This document shows, piece after piece, positions 8,238-16,165 of a stretch of DNA of 64,000 nt. A model generated the notes under the pieces. It did not search any database. It was not told the DNA's origin and worked only from the letters and a program-made list of their open reading frames with translations. The stretch covers positions 1 to 64,000 of the IMG/VR virus record IMGVR_UViG_3300022682_000042. One strand, 5' to 3'. Position numbers and translations under genes: made by a program. This DNA is from a virus. The first letter of the stretch is position 1. Each line of letters opens with the position of its first letter.

Positions 8238-8575
8238 GTATACCCCACAGGCGTGTGGAACAGGGGAACTTACCAGACTGGCCGGCAATTCCTGGCCAGC
8301 GTATACCCCACAGGCGTGTGGAACAGGGGGGACCGGGCCAGGAAGCACAACTAATCCAGGTGTATACCCCACAGGCGTGTGGAACAGGGGAATGTCCACG
8401 ATGGAAACCACGACGTTAAAGAAGTATACCCCACAGGCGTGTGGAACAGGGGGACTTTGGCCGGCAACCGATAACAGAGCCGGGCGTATACCCCACAGGT
8501 GTGTGGAACAGGGGTAATCACTACATAAAGTAGCCATAAGGAGTTGGTATACCCCACAGGTGTGTGGAACAGGGG
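8238..8575 (+). CRISPR. CRISPR array B: six 29-nt repeats, five spacers (34, 32, 33, 33, 32 nt)
   Basis: GTATACCCCACAGG(C/T)GTGTGGAACAGGGG at 8238, 8301, 8362, 8424, 8486, 8547; unique spacers. Confidence 0.96.
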
Positions 8576-8591
8576 GGGGGTGACTACCCCC

Positions 8592-8620
8592 TTGACATAG
8601 TGTAAAAAATAATATATCAT
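8592..8620 (+). promoter_or_regulatory. Promoter for scaffold/capsid operon
   Basis: TTGACA-17-TATCAT. Confidence 0.75.
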
Positions 8621-8633
8621 AGTAGCAGTATGG

Positions 8634-8694
8634 GCGGGGACCCCCACGGGTCCCCGTTTTTGTTTTTTAGGGGCCGGACGTTCGGCCTTTTTTT
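8634..8694 (+). terminator. Two tandem terminator-like hairpins in the leader
   Basis: GCGGGGACCC..GGGTCCCCGT plus T-run; GGCCGG..TCGGCC plus T7. Confidence 0.7.
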
Positions 8695-8707
8695 ATTGGA
8701 GCAAAAT

Positions 8708-9574
8708 ATGGACGAAGATCAAGTATTAAACAATGAGGAAGAACAGGCCGAGGCCAGATACCACCTGGACGAAATGGAAATATCGTCGGTGGGACTGGTC
8801 CCAAAAGGCGCGAATCTGATGCCCGGCTTTATCTTGCTCAAAAATGATAAGGAGGCAAGTATGACCGAGAAAGTCGATATTGAAGAGGTCGTGCCGGAGG
8901 ATGCCCCGGAGGAGGTCAAGGGAATTTTGAAGCAGGTTGGCGATGGTATTGCCAGTTTGTTCCAGAAGGCCCAGGACGCCGAACCCGAAGTGGCCGATGG
9001 TGATGACCAGCCGGAACCGGCCCCGGAGGAAACCCCACCGGAACCGGCCCCGGCCGAGCCACCGCCTACCCTGGCCAGCCCGGACCTGGAGAAAATTCTC
9101 AAGGCCCAGACAGACCGGTTCGAGGCGATGCTCAAGGCTCAAAAGGCCGAGTTTAGCGAACAACTGACCAAGATGGACGCCGAACTGAAAAAGGCCAATG
9201 ACCGGGCGGAGAAGGCCGAGAAGTATGCTACCGAACAGACGGTGCAGGCCGAAAAGCAGGCAGCCATCCAGAAGGCCCTGAACTACAAGGCAATGCCGGT
9301 CAAACCGGCCGAGTTGGGTGAGATGCTCTACAAGCTGGAAAAGGGCCTGCCTAAAGAGGACTACGAGCAGGTTGAGGCCGTTCTCAAGGCAATGGACAAA
9401 CAAGCTTGGACCGCCGGCCTGTTCAAAGAGTTTGGGACCAGCCGGAGCGCCGAGGAAATCACCCTTGAGGCCAAGGTAGAGAAAATCCAGAAGGAACAGG
9501 ATATTTCCTACGAAGAGGCCCTGTTAAGCCTGCCGGAACATGAGCAGTTACAACTGCTTGGGGAGGTGGAATGA
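8708..9574 (+). CDS. Capsid scaffolding protein with N-terminal protease-like segment
   Basis: EISSVGLVPKGAN motif, then acidic/Pro-rich linker and coiled coil; directly upstream of capsid genes. Confidence 0.7.
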   Translation: MDEDQVLNNEEEQAEARYHLDEMEISSVGLVPKGANLMPGFILLKNDKEASMTEKVDIEEVVPEDAPEEVKGILKQVGDGIASLFQKAQDAEPEVADGDDQPEPAPEETPPEPAPAEPPPTLASPDLEKILKAQTDRFEAMLKAQKAEFSEQLTKMDAELKKANDRAEKAEKYATEQTVQAEKQAAIQKALNYKAMPVKPAELGEMLYKLEKGLPKEDYEQVEAVLKAMDKQAWTAGLFKEFGTSRSAEEITLEAKVEKIQKEQDISYEEALLSLPEHEQLQLLGEVE

Positions 9575-9981
9575 TGGCTGACTATAACTGGGGATTTGAT
9601 TACCCGATGACGGCCTCCGGTGACGCCAACGCGCTCCAGTATCACTTTGTGCAGGTGGCCTCCGGTGGGGCCGGTGATACGTTTGAGAAATCTAGCGGGG
9701 CCTCTAACCCGGCTCCAACCGGGGTTTTGCAGGATGACCCGGAAAGCGGGAATGTTGGGGCGGTCAGAATCCTGGGTGTCACCAAGTTGATCGTCAATGC
9801 TGACTCGGCCATCAATGCCGGCGACTATCTGACCTCAAGCTCAACCGGTCAGGCTGTTGTTAGTACCGGCTCAAGTGTGGCTGCCCTGGCTCTGGAGAGT
9901 GTTTCCAGTGGGTCCGGGGTTTATATCAAGGCTTTACTGTTGCCTTACGGCAGCGGTAACAAGGCCGATAACACGCCGTAA
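9571..9981 (+). CDS. Capsid decoration/cement protein (DUF2190-like)
   Basis: GVLQDDP..G..K..I.AGD.LTS...GQA pattern; precedes the capsid gene. Confidence 0.7.
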   Translation: MMADYNWGFDYPMTASGDANALQYHFVQVASGGAGDTFEKSSGASNPAPTGVLQDDPESGNVGAVRILGVTKLIVNADSAINAGDYLTSSSTGQAVVSTGSSVAALALESVSSGSGVYIKALLLPYGSGNKADNTP

Positions 9982-10002
9982 CGGACGAAAGGAGAATAAA
10001 TT

Positions 10003-10929
10003 ATGGCTAGTCCAACGAGGCGTGATGTCCACGTAAATCGACCTTTGACTAACGTCTCAATTGCCTACAGCAACACTATGTACATTGCCGAGATGGTTTT
10101 TCCGACCATCCCGGTAGATAACCAGTCCGATGTCTATTTCACTTTTGACAAATCGAGCTGGTTCCGCAACCGGTCTGGCCCCAGGGCTCCCGGAACGAGA
10201 GCACCACGGGCAGACTACGGGATTGCCACGGCGTCCTATATCTGTATTTCAGATGCCCTGGCCAAACCCATCCCGGATGAAGTTCGGGACAACGCCGACT
10301 CCCCCCTTCGGCCCGAAGTAACGGCCACCCGGTTTGTGACCGATGGCCTGATGTTGGGGCTGGAAAAACGGGTGGCTGACCTGGTTTCCGGGTCCGGTAA
10401 CTGGGCGGCGGCCTCTAATCCGTCTACCCGGTGGGACGTTGATACCTCGGATGCCTGGGGAGACATCGATACCGTAGTTGATGCGGTTGTGCAACGCATT
10501 GGCCGGCACCCCAATACGATGTGTATGTCCTGGTCTGTCTGGAAGGCCCTGCGTAACCACCCGGACCTGCTAGATCGGGTCAAATATACCCGCCAGAACG
10601 GACGGGTTATGGCCGAGGATTTGGCAGCCTGGTTCGGTGTAGACAATGTTTACATCGGGGAGGCTATCTATGACAGTGCCCAGGAAGGGGCCACCGAGTC
10701 TCTAACCTATGTCTGGGGCGATATGCTCTGGGCCGGGTATGTCTCACCTAATGCGGCTATCGAAGAACCATCGGCCGGCTACTGTTTCCGGTGGGGGCAG
10801 CGTAGTATCAGTCGTTTTTACGAAGCTCAGGAGCACCAAACCATCATAGAGGGTGAGCACTATACCGATGAGGTGATTACGGCCTCAGACGCTGGAGCTT
10901 TGATGAGCGATTGCACTGGCGGTGCTTAG
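10003..10929 (+). CDS. Major capsid protein
   Basis: DVHVNRPLTNVSIAY N-terminus, PNTM..W.AL.NHP motif, size and position. Confidence 0.88.
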   Translation: MASPTRRDVHVNRPLTNVSIAYSNTMYIAEMVFPTIPVDNQSDVYFTFDKSSWFRNRSGPRAPGTRAPRADYGIATASYICISDALAKPIPDEVRDNADSPLRPEVTATRFVTDGLMLGLEKRVADLVSGSGNWAAASNPSTRWDVDTSDAWGDIDTVVDAVVQRIGRHPNTMCMSWSVWKALRNHPDLLDRVKYTRQNGRVMAEDLAAWFGVDNVYIGEAIYDSAQEGATESLTYVWGDMLWAGYVSPNAAIEEPSAGYCFRWGQRSISRFYEAQEHQTIIEGEHYTDEVITASDAGALMSDCTGGA

Positions 10930-10933
10930 TTCG

Positions 10934-11740
10934 TCAGGGAATTTGAATATCGTTAGCTTTTAATAAGTCCTCAAGTAGCCTAATCCGCTGCTTGAGGTTC
11001 TTATTTTCTTTTACAAGCTTAGATTCCCGTCTGATAGTTTCAGCATGCAGGATAGAGTGACTCGATTTGTCAAACACTTCGAGGTTCTCTATCCTGTTGT
11101 CTTGTTTATCCCCATTTACATGATGAACAGATTCACTTCGTTTTAATGGTCTTCCTAATTCCAGGGCTACTACTGCCCTATGTTCTAAGACATAACAATT
11201 TCCCACAGCCATTGATTTGAGAAGGCTCCACTCTTCATCGGTATAAGTTTGCCGATGACGGTAAACGTAATCATCTTGATTTCTGATTATCCGTTCATTA
11301 CTGCGTAAAGTGACCTTTCTATGTTTTCGGTAACATTTTTGACAACAACCAGTAAATTGTTTCAATCTTAAGGATGTCTTTAGATGATGAACATATTTCA
11401 AAAATTCGTCCTTACATCTAACACATTTGATTGGAACTTTTAGTCGGTCTTCCTGAGTGGTCAATCTTGACCAATAGATAATAGCTCCGGTCGAATGATG
11501 TTCATCCTCAGTTGGATTGTATTGTTTCGGGAAATATGATTGACCCTGATTAAATGTCTTAGGGCCAATATTCTTGATTTTATCCAATGTCTCCCGGTCA
11601 AATAGGTTGGGCCTACCCTTTCCAGCTATAGCACGAGCTACCGGGTTGACCTTTCCAACATTAACCCAGGTCTTAAATGTTCTGTAGTTTACCCCAATAT
11701 AGTCGGCCGCCTCTGGGGTTGTATATAGGCCATCAATCAT
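10934..11740 (-). CDS. HTH + HNH endonuclease
   Basis: [11 protein letters not shown]; [27 protein letters not shown]. Confidence 0.85.
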   Translation of the reverse strand: MIDGLYTTPEAADYIGVNYRTFKTWVNVGKVNPVARAIAGKGRPNLFDRETLDKIKNIGPKTFNQGQSYFPKQYNPTEDEHHSTGAIIYWSRLTTQEDRLKVPIKCVRCKDEFLKYVHHLKTSLRLKQFTGCCQKCYRKHRKVTLRSNERIIRNQDDYVYRHRQTYTDEEWSLLKSMAVGNCYVLEHRAVVALELGRPLKRSESVHHVNGDKQDNRIENLEVFDKSSHSILHAETIRRESKLVKENKNLKQRIRLLEDLLKANDIQIP

Positions 11741-12038
11741 TCTTCACCCTCCACTCATAATACAACCCGTCCGGCCCTGTCTTGGCCTCAGACTCCACCA
11801 GTCCCCATTTCCGTAAATTGCCCAAGATATTCCCAACCCGATTAATAACCAGGTCAAAATGGTCAGCTATTTGCCGGGAGGTACAAGGGCCATTTTTTTC
11901 AAGATAGACCAGGGTTTTGCTTTCTGCCGGGGGGAGGCTTTCTAAAAGGAGTTCTAAAATAACTTGTTCTGAACTGCGAATTACCATTTTTTCATATTCT
12001 AAGATTTCAGCTAATCGATCAGTCGTTATGTGGGCCAT
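11733..12038 (-). CDS. Winged-helix (MarR-like) DNA-binding protein
   Basis: [29 protein letters not shown]. Confidence 0.65.
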   Translation of the reverse strand: MAHITTDRLAEILEYEKMVIRSSEQVILELLLESLPPAESKTLVYLEKNGPCTSRQIADHFDLVINRVGNILGNLRKWGLVESEAKTGPDGLYYEWRVKND

Positions 12039-12297
12039 GTTCAACATTTCTTTCGTTGGGTGAATTTACGTAATACACATAATCAATTTCATCATCTGCC
12101 GCTTTTTCATCAAGTTCGTCATCGTCCATCCAATCCATAGTTTCTGGATATTCAATAGTAACATCTACAGCAAAATACTCGGACCCTAAGACCCAATAAC
12201 CATCAGGGTCAAATTGTGATGTTTCAATTTGAATTGTACGACGCATATTTCTTATAGGATTAAATTGTGATGTTTCAACTTGAATTGTGTGGGCCAT
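12019..12297 (-). CDS. Acidic hypothetical protein with duplicated TIQ(V/I)ETSQF motif
   Basis: AGGAG RBS; internal tandem duplication. Confidence 0.55.
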   Translation of the reverse strand: MAHTIQVETSQFNPIRNMRRTIQIETSQFDPDGYWVLGSEYFAVDVTIEYPETMDWMDDDELDEKAADDEIDYVYYVNSPNERNVEHGPHND

Positions 12298-12420
12298 ACT
12301 AACACTCCTTTTATTAGTCATAATAGATTTATACCTACAGGTATTATACTGTTTATGAATAGACTTGTCAAATATACCCTATTGACCAACCCTCCAAAGT
12401 ATGCTATTATAATTATGTTC

Positions 12421-12453
12421 AGAGGTGGGACCTCATCGGTCTCACCTCTTTTT
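12421..12453 (+). terminator. Leader terminator downstream of promoter 12382-12410
   Basis: AGAGGTGGGACC-tcatc-GGTCTCACCTCT plus T-run. Confidence 0.7.
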
Positions 12454-12536
12454 GTTTAGTCTACCTTGAGACCTGCCTCAAATTGGGGTAGCAATAAACC
12501 AAGATGGCCCGGAGTGCTACCGGGCGAGGAGTTATA

Positions 12537-12911
12537 ATGCCTGATTTCAAAGTTCGACGTAAGATTTTGGCCACCGGTGGGATTGACATTACCGGGACGG
12601 CCTCCTTCTCCGGCCCAATTGCGGCCGGTTCTGCCGGGACTGCTTTTAATGATTTGCTTTACGGGTCTGGTTGTGTCAATTGCCCGTCGGCTACGGCCTC
12701 AACCGTAGTTGTCGGGACCGGTAGCTTGACTACCGGTTTTGCAGCCGGTGACCCTGTTTTCTTAACCCCCACTGCCAGCCTACAAGCTGGTATGGCTCTT
12801 ATTGGGGCCTGTTGTGTGTCCGGTTGTATTTCGGCCAGTTGGTTCTGTGTCGGTGGGGCTGATGTGTCGGCCTCAGCCGATGTGCATTGCCATTACCTGA
12901 TATTCAGTTAA
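12537..12911 (+). CDS. Putative virion protein
   Basis: Gly/Ser/Ala/Cys-rich; GAGGAG RBS; structural region. Confidence 0.55.
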   Translation: MPDFKVRRKILATGGIDITGTASFSGPIAAGSAGTAFNDLLYGSGCVNCPSATASTVVVGTGSLTTGFAAGDPVFLTPTASLQAGMALIGACCVSGCISASWFCVGGADVSASADVHCHYLIFS

Positions 12912-12922
12912 GGGGGCCAACT

Positions 12923-13150
12923 ATGAAACAGTTGGCCCAACACCTGGGGATAACTCAGGCCGAAGCTAAAAAACTGTGGGATTCTGTTGGCCTTGACGGT
13001 GACGAACAGGCCAGCCTGAAGGAAGTGTTCGGGCTGGCTGTCAAGGCTCCCCCTGATGGCCGGGTTTCGACCGGTAAGGTTGAGTCTGGCCTGGCTAAAT
13101 TTAAACCCCCACCCAAGCCCAAGTCCAAACGAAAGAAGGCGGCGAAATGA
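12923..13150 (+). CDS. Hypothetical protein with basic tail
   Basis: Coupled to next gene. Confidence 0.5.
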   Translation: MKQLAQHLGITQAEAKKLWDSVGLDGDEQASLKEVFGLAVKAPPDGRVSTGKVESGLAKFKPPPKPKSKRKKAAK

Positions 13151-13494
13151 GCAACAAAACTTTCGTTGCCAGAACTGCCGACCTGTACTATTCAACCGAT
13201 GTAGAGTTGGCCGGGGCTGCCTGTGTTTCAGGCTCTTTACCTTGTGCTGGCTTTTCAAAGTTGTTAGGTGGGGTAATTTCCAATAGCTCTACTCTGGCCG
13301 CTGCCTCCGGGGTTAGAATTTACCAGTCTATCAACGGGGGGGTCAATTGGGATATTACCAGCGCTTCAGAAGCCTTGACAGCCGACACTGCCCAGACCTT
13401 TGACATTGATATCGTTGGAGACTATGTGCAATTTGTCTGGCGTAATGGAGCTACAGCAGCCAGCGGCCGGGCACATCTCTATCTGAGGCCATAG
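13147..13494 (+). CDS. Putative virion protein
   Basis: Beta-rich, YQSINGGVNWD Asp-box-like motif. Confidence 0.55.
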   Translation: MSNKTFVARTADLYYSTDVELAGAACVSGSLPCAGFSKLLGGVISNSSTLAAASGVRIYQSINGGVNWDITSASEALTADTAQTFDIDIVGDYVQFVWRNGATAASGRAHLYLRP

Positions 13495-13505
13495 GACTAT
13501 GAAAA

Positions 13506-13841
13506 ATGGAACTTGCTTTCACGATTCAAATAACCCTATTTCTACAATTTTTTCTAGTCTCTCTCCTTTTCCTCTGGCTGGTGAGCGTGTGTTATCGGCT
13601 ATACACGGAATACAGGAAGGACCAGGAAGAAGACGGAATTACCAGGGGATTATTACTCGTTTTCGGCGGTTGGGCCTTGCTCACGGTCTGGTGGATATGG
13701 ACGATTCCAACAGTATCGATGAGGTTTGAATTAGCCACCTATGGCCGGTTGTTTAATTTGTTGTTATATGACCTGGTTTTGATTATCACATTGATAGCAG
13801 CGGTCTATCTCGATTACCACCTGTTTCGGAGAAACAAGTGA
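13506..13841 (+). CDS. Three-TM membrane protein
   Basis: Three hydrophobic segments. Confidence 0.55.
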   Translation: MELAFTIQITLFLQFFLVSLLFLWLVSVCYRLYTEYRKDQEEDGITRGLLLVFGGWALLTVWWIWTIPTVSMRFELATYGRLFNLLLYDLVLIITLIAAVYLDYHLFRRNK

Positions 13842-14275
13842 TTAAACGTCCAATATCCAAACTCATTGCCGACCGGATTACTCCGGCCTACCAGCACGCC
13901 GGGGAATTTGCCCGAACCTACCGGCAACTAACTCCGATGTTGGACCAGACTATAGCCAGTATTCGGGAATTGGCCAAGGTGATGAGGACCAGCGCCGACC
14001 AGGGAGATACTCTGGCCGATGAGTTGGAAGTCATTTATGGGTATGCCCAGGAAGGCCGGGATATTGCCGAAGAACACGCCGATGAAATGGCCCAACTCGC
14101 GACCCTGGTCACCAACCTGGATGTCTTTTTACAGGGAGACCCAGGAATGTTGACCCACGTTCTACGAGTAGCTGACCCGGCCATAATGAAAGAGGCTGCC
14201 GGCAAACTGGACAGTAAAAGACTAGTCTTACTTCAACAGGCTTTGAATGAGGCCGTTGATGAATACAAGGAGTAG
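13838..14275 (+). CDS. Hypothetical helical protein
   Basis: Coupled GTGA overlap. Confidence 0.5.
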   Translation: MIKRPISKLIADRITPAYQHAGEFARTYRQLTPMLDQTIASIRELAKVMRTSADQGDTLADELEVIYGYAQEGRDIAEEHADEMAQLATLVTNLDVFLQGDPGMLTHVLRVADPAIMKEAAGKLDSKRLVLLQQALNEAVDEYKE

Positions 14276-14278
14276 ACT

Positions 14279-14821
14279 ATGGCGGCAACAGTTGTCATAA
14301 ATAGATTGATGGGGGTTGGCCCCACACCGACTGCCTGCCTGATTACCAGTGGGTCTTTACGGGCGGGGACCGAAGATGTCAATGTTAGCCCGTGTAATAT
14401 CCCGGTCCCCTCTTCCGGCTCAAATTATAGTTACTGGATGGTCACCCAATTGGAAGCGACCGCTGCCCCCGATACCTCTCTTACCAATGTCAAATGGTAC
14501 TCGGACGGGACTAATTCTCAGGGGACCGGGGTAAGTACAGTGGTGGCCACGGCCTCAGCCTATGCCGGAGCCAGTGGAACGGCCGGCTCATCCGGTATCA
14601 TTTTGTCGGTTGCCAACTATGGGGCCGGTTTAACTGATGAGGCCAGCCCGGTCTGGCAATATACCTCGGATAGCTCAAGCCAGTTGACGGTATCCGGGTC
14701 TATTGATGCCTCGACCGGTTCATTTGCTGACCGGGTAGTTTTACAGGTTCAGGTGGAAAGTACCGCCGGGGCCGGAACGGTGGCCGAAGAGACGATGACT
14801 TGGGCCTTTGACGAAGCTTGA
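14279..14821 (+). CDS. Putative virion structural protein
   Basis: Ser/Thr/Gly/Ala-rich, NYSYW and terminal T.T.AFDE pattern. Confidence 0.6.
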   Translation: MAATVVINRLMGVGPTPTACLITSGSLRAGTEDVNVSPCNIPVPSSGSNYSYWMVTQLEATAAPDTSLTNVKWYSDGTNSQGTGVSTVVATASAYAGASGTAGSSGIILSVANYGAGLTDEASPVWQYTSDSSSQLTVSGSIDASTGSFADRVVLQVQVESTAGAGTVAEETMTWAFDEA

Positions 14822-15219
14822 TGACTGAGGAATTAACCTGGCTGGCCCACTATGAAGACGGTTCTAATCTGGCCCAGGCCAACGGAAACACCTACAAGGA
14901 CATTGACCGGACCCGGTTAGCTATCTTTGATTTATGGCAGGGGGACCGGCTTGTTGTCCGGGTAGACCTGACCGATGATGTGACCGATGGGATAGGACCC
15001 CGGCGGCTTATTTGGCGAACCCGGCATTTTTTAGATAGCGCCGGGGGCCGGGTCAAAGTCCATCTCTGTGGCTGGCAACGAAGGGTGGCCGGGAAAAACG
15101 TGCAGGCCATTTGTTACGTGACTGAGGATGGGACGGTTTTATTGGGGGGGCAGTTTGGTCACAATTTGCCGTTCGGATATGCCCCGGTCAAGTTGGAGTG
15201 TGAAACTGATTTGACCTGA
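14821..15219 (+). CDS. Hypothetical protein
   Basis: Coupled ORF in structural operon. Confidence 0.55.
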   Translation: MTEELTWLAHYEDGSNLAQANGNTYKDIDRTRLAIFDLWQGDRLVVRVDLTDDVTDGIGPRRLIWRTRHFLDSAGGRVKVHLCGWQRRVAGKNVQAICYVTEDGTVLLGGQFGHNLPFGYAPVKLECETDLT

Positions 15220-15323
15220 TAGTTTCTGATAATCGAGACAACTGCAATACAATGCGGTTTGATAGAGGACGCGCTACGGCCATACCAGGCTGGCGCGGTT
15301 TTGTATACCTTAAGGAGGTTACT

Positions 15324-15731
15324 ATGGCTGATTTATTGGCCTTATATAACGAGTTGACAACTGACCCTCTGGGTCGAGGGTATGACGGGATGTCGGCTGC
15401 TTCGGCTGCCTCCAACCTGAATATCGTAGACCGGACCCGGAACCGGGAAACGATGGAGGCTTATGAGGTGATGAACGCTATTGCTGTACCTGAATTTCTG
15501 GCCCTATCATCGGCCAGCCGGCAAATAGTCTGGGATATTTTACATAATGGAATGGTCAACCCTTTTGGGGTGGAGGCCGATTTATTTATTCAGGTCTTTG
15601 GAGCCGGGGCCAGTACCCTTCAAACTCTGGCTGATTTAAGAGTAGATGATGTTAGCCGAGCAAACGAGATTGGATTCGGTCCGGTCAGTGAAGGGCAGGT
15701 TATCAAGGCCCGTGCCCTGGGAGGTGAATGA
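15324..15731 (+). CDS. Hypothetical phage protein
   Basis: AAGGAGG RBS; ELTTDPLGRGY. Confidence 0.6.
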   Translation: MADLLALYNELTTDPLGRGYDGMSAASAASNLNIVDRTRNRETMEAYEVMNAIAVPEFLALSSASRQIVWDILHNGMVNPFGVEADLFIQVFGAGASTLQTLADLRVDDVSRANEIGFGPVSEGQVIKARALGGE

Positions 15732-16165
15732 TGGCATCAAGAATTGGCTATACCAGTTTATCGGCCTCAACTTTATCGGCCTCAGCTACGTTTGTCAGTT
15801 TGGCCGATGACGGAAATGCGTCCGGGGGAATAATTGAGGCCAGTGATAATGGCCAGATGTATGGTGACTGGATATTGCAGGCCAGCTTTACGGCTGCCCC
15901 GTCGGGTGGGGTTTCCTTGTATTTTGTAACCAGTCACGGAAACCTGACAGTAGATGGTAATGGTTCGACAGACCCTCCCCCTAATGCCCTGGTCGGGGTA
16001 TTTTCAATGCGTCAGGTGACCGGTGTTCAGCGAGTCCCGATAAGTTTTTTACAAATTCCTAACCGGGATTTTTTCCCGGTTTATATTAACGAGACCGGTG
16101 TATCGATGGGGGCCGGTTCTAATGCAGCTTATTATGAGTTATATGACATAAACCCGGATGCCTGA
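15728..16165 (+). CDS. Putative virion protein
   Basis: Coupled; beta-rich. Confidence 0.55.
   Translation: MMASRIGYTSLSASTLSASATFVSLADDGNASGGIIEASDNGQMYGDWILQASFTAAPSGGVSLYFVTSHGNLTVDGNGSTDPPPNALVGVFSMRQVTGVQRVPISFLQIPNRDFFPVYINETGVSMGAGSNAAYYELYDINPDA

Noticed and set aside
8267-8546. Self-targeting by array B spacers (e.g. ACCGGGCCAGGA near 4683, ATGTCCACGA near 23771)
   Set aside because: Only 10-12-nt matches inside coding sequence, made of words common in this genome; manual search is not exhaustive
6488-8575. Opposite array orientation suggested by longer G-U stems in the reverse-complement repeats
   Set aside because: Promoters, scaffolds, anti-repeats and distal repeat degeneration all support transcription away from 8100
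8201-8647. ORFs 8201-8419, 8208-8537 and 8351-8647 with repeated peptides
   Set aside because: They are translations of the CRISPR repeats
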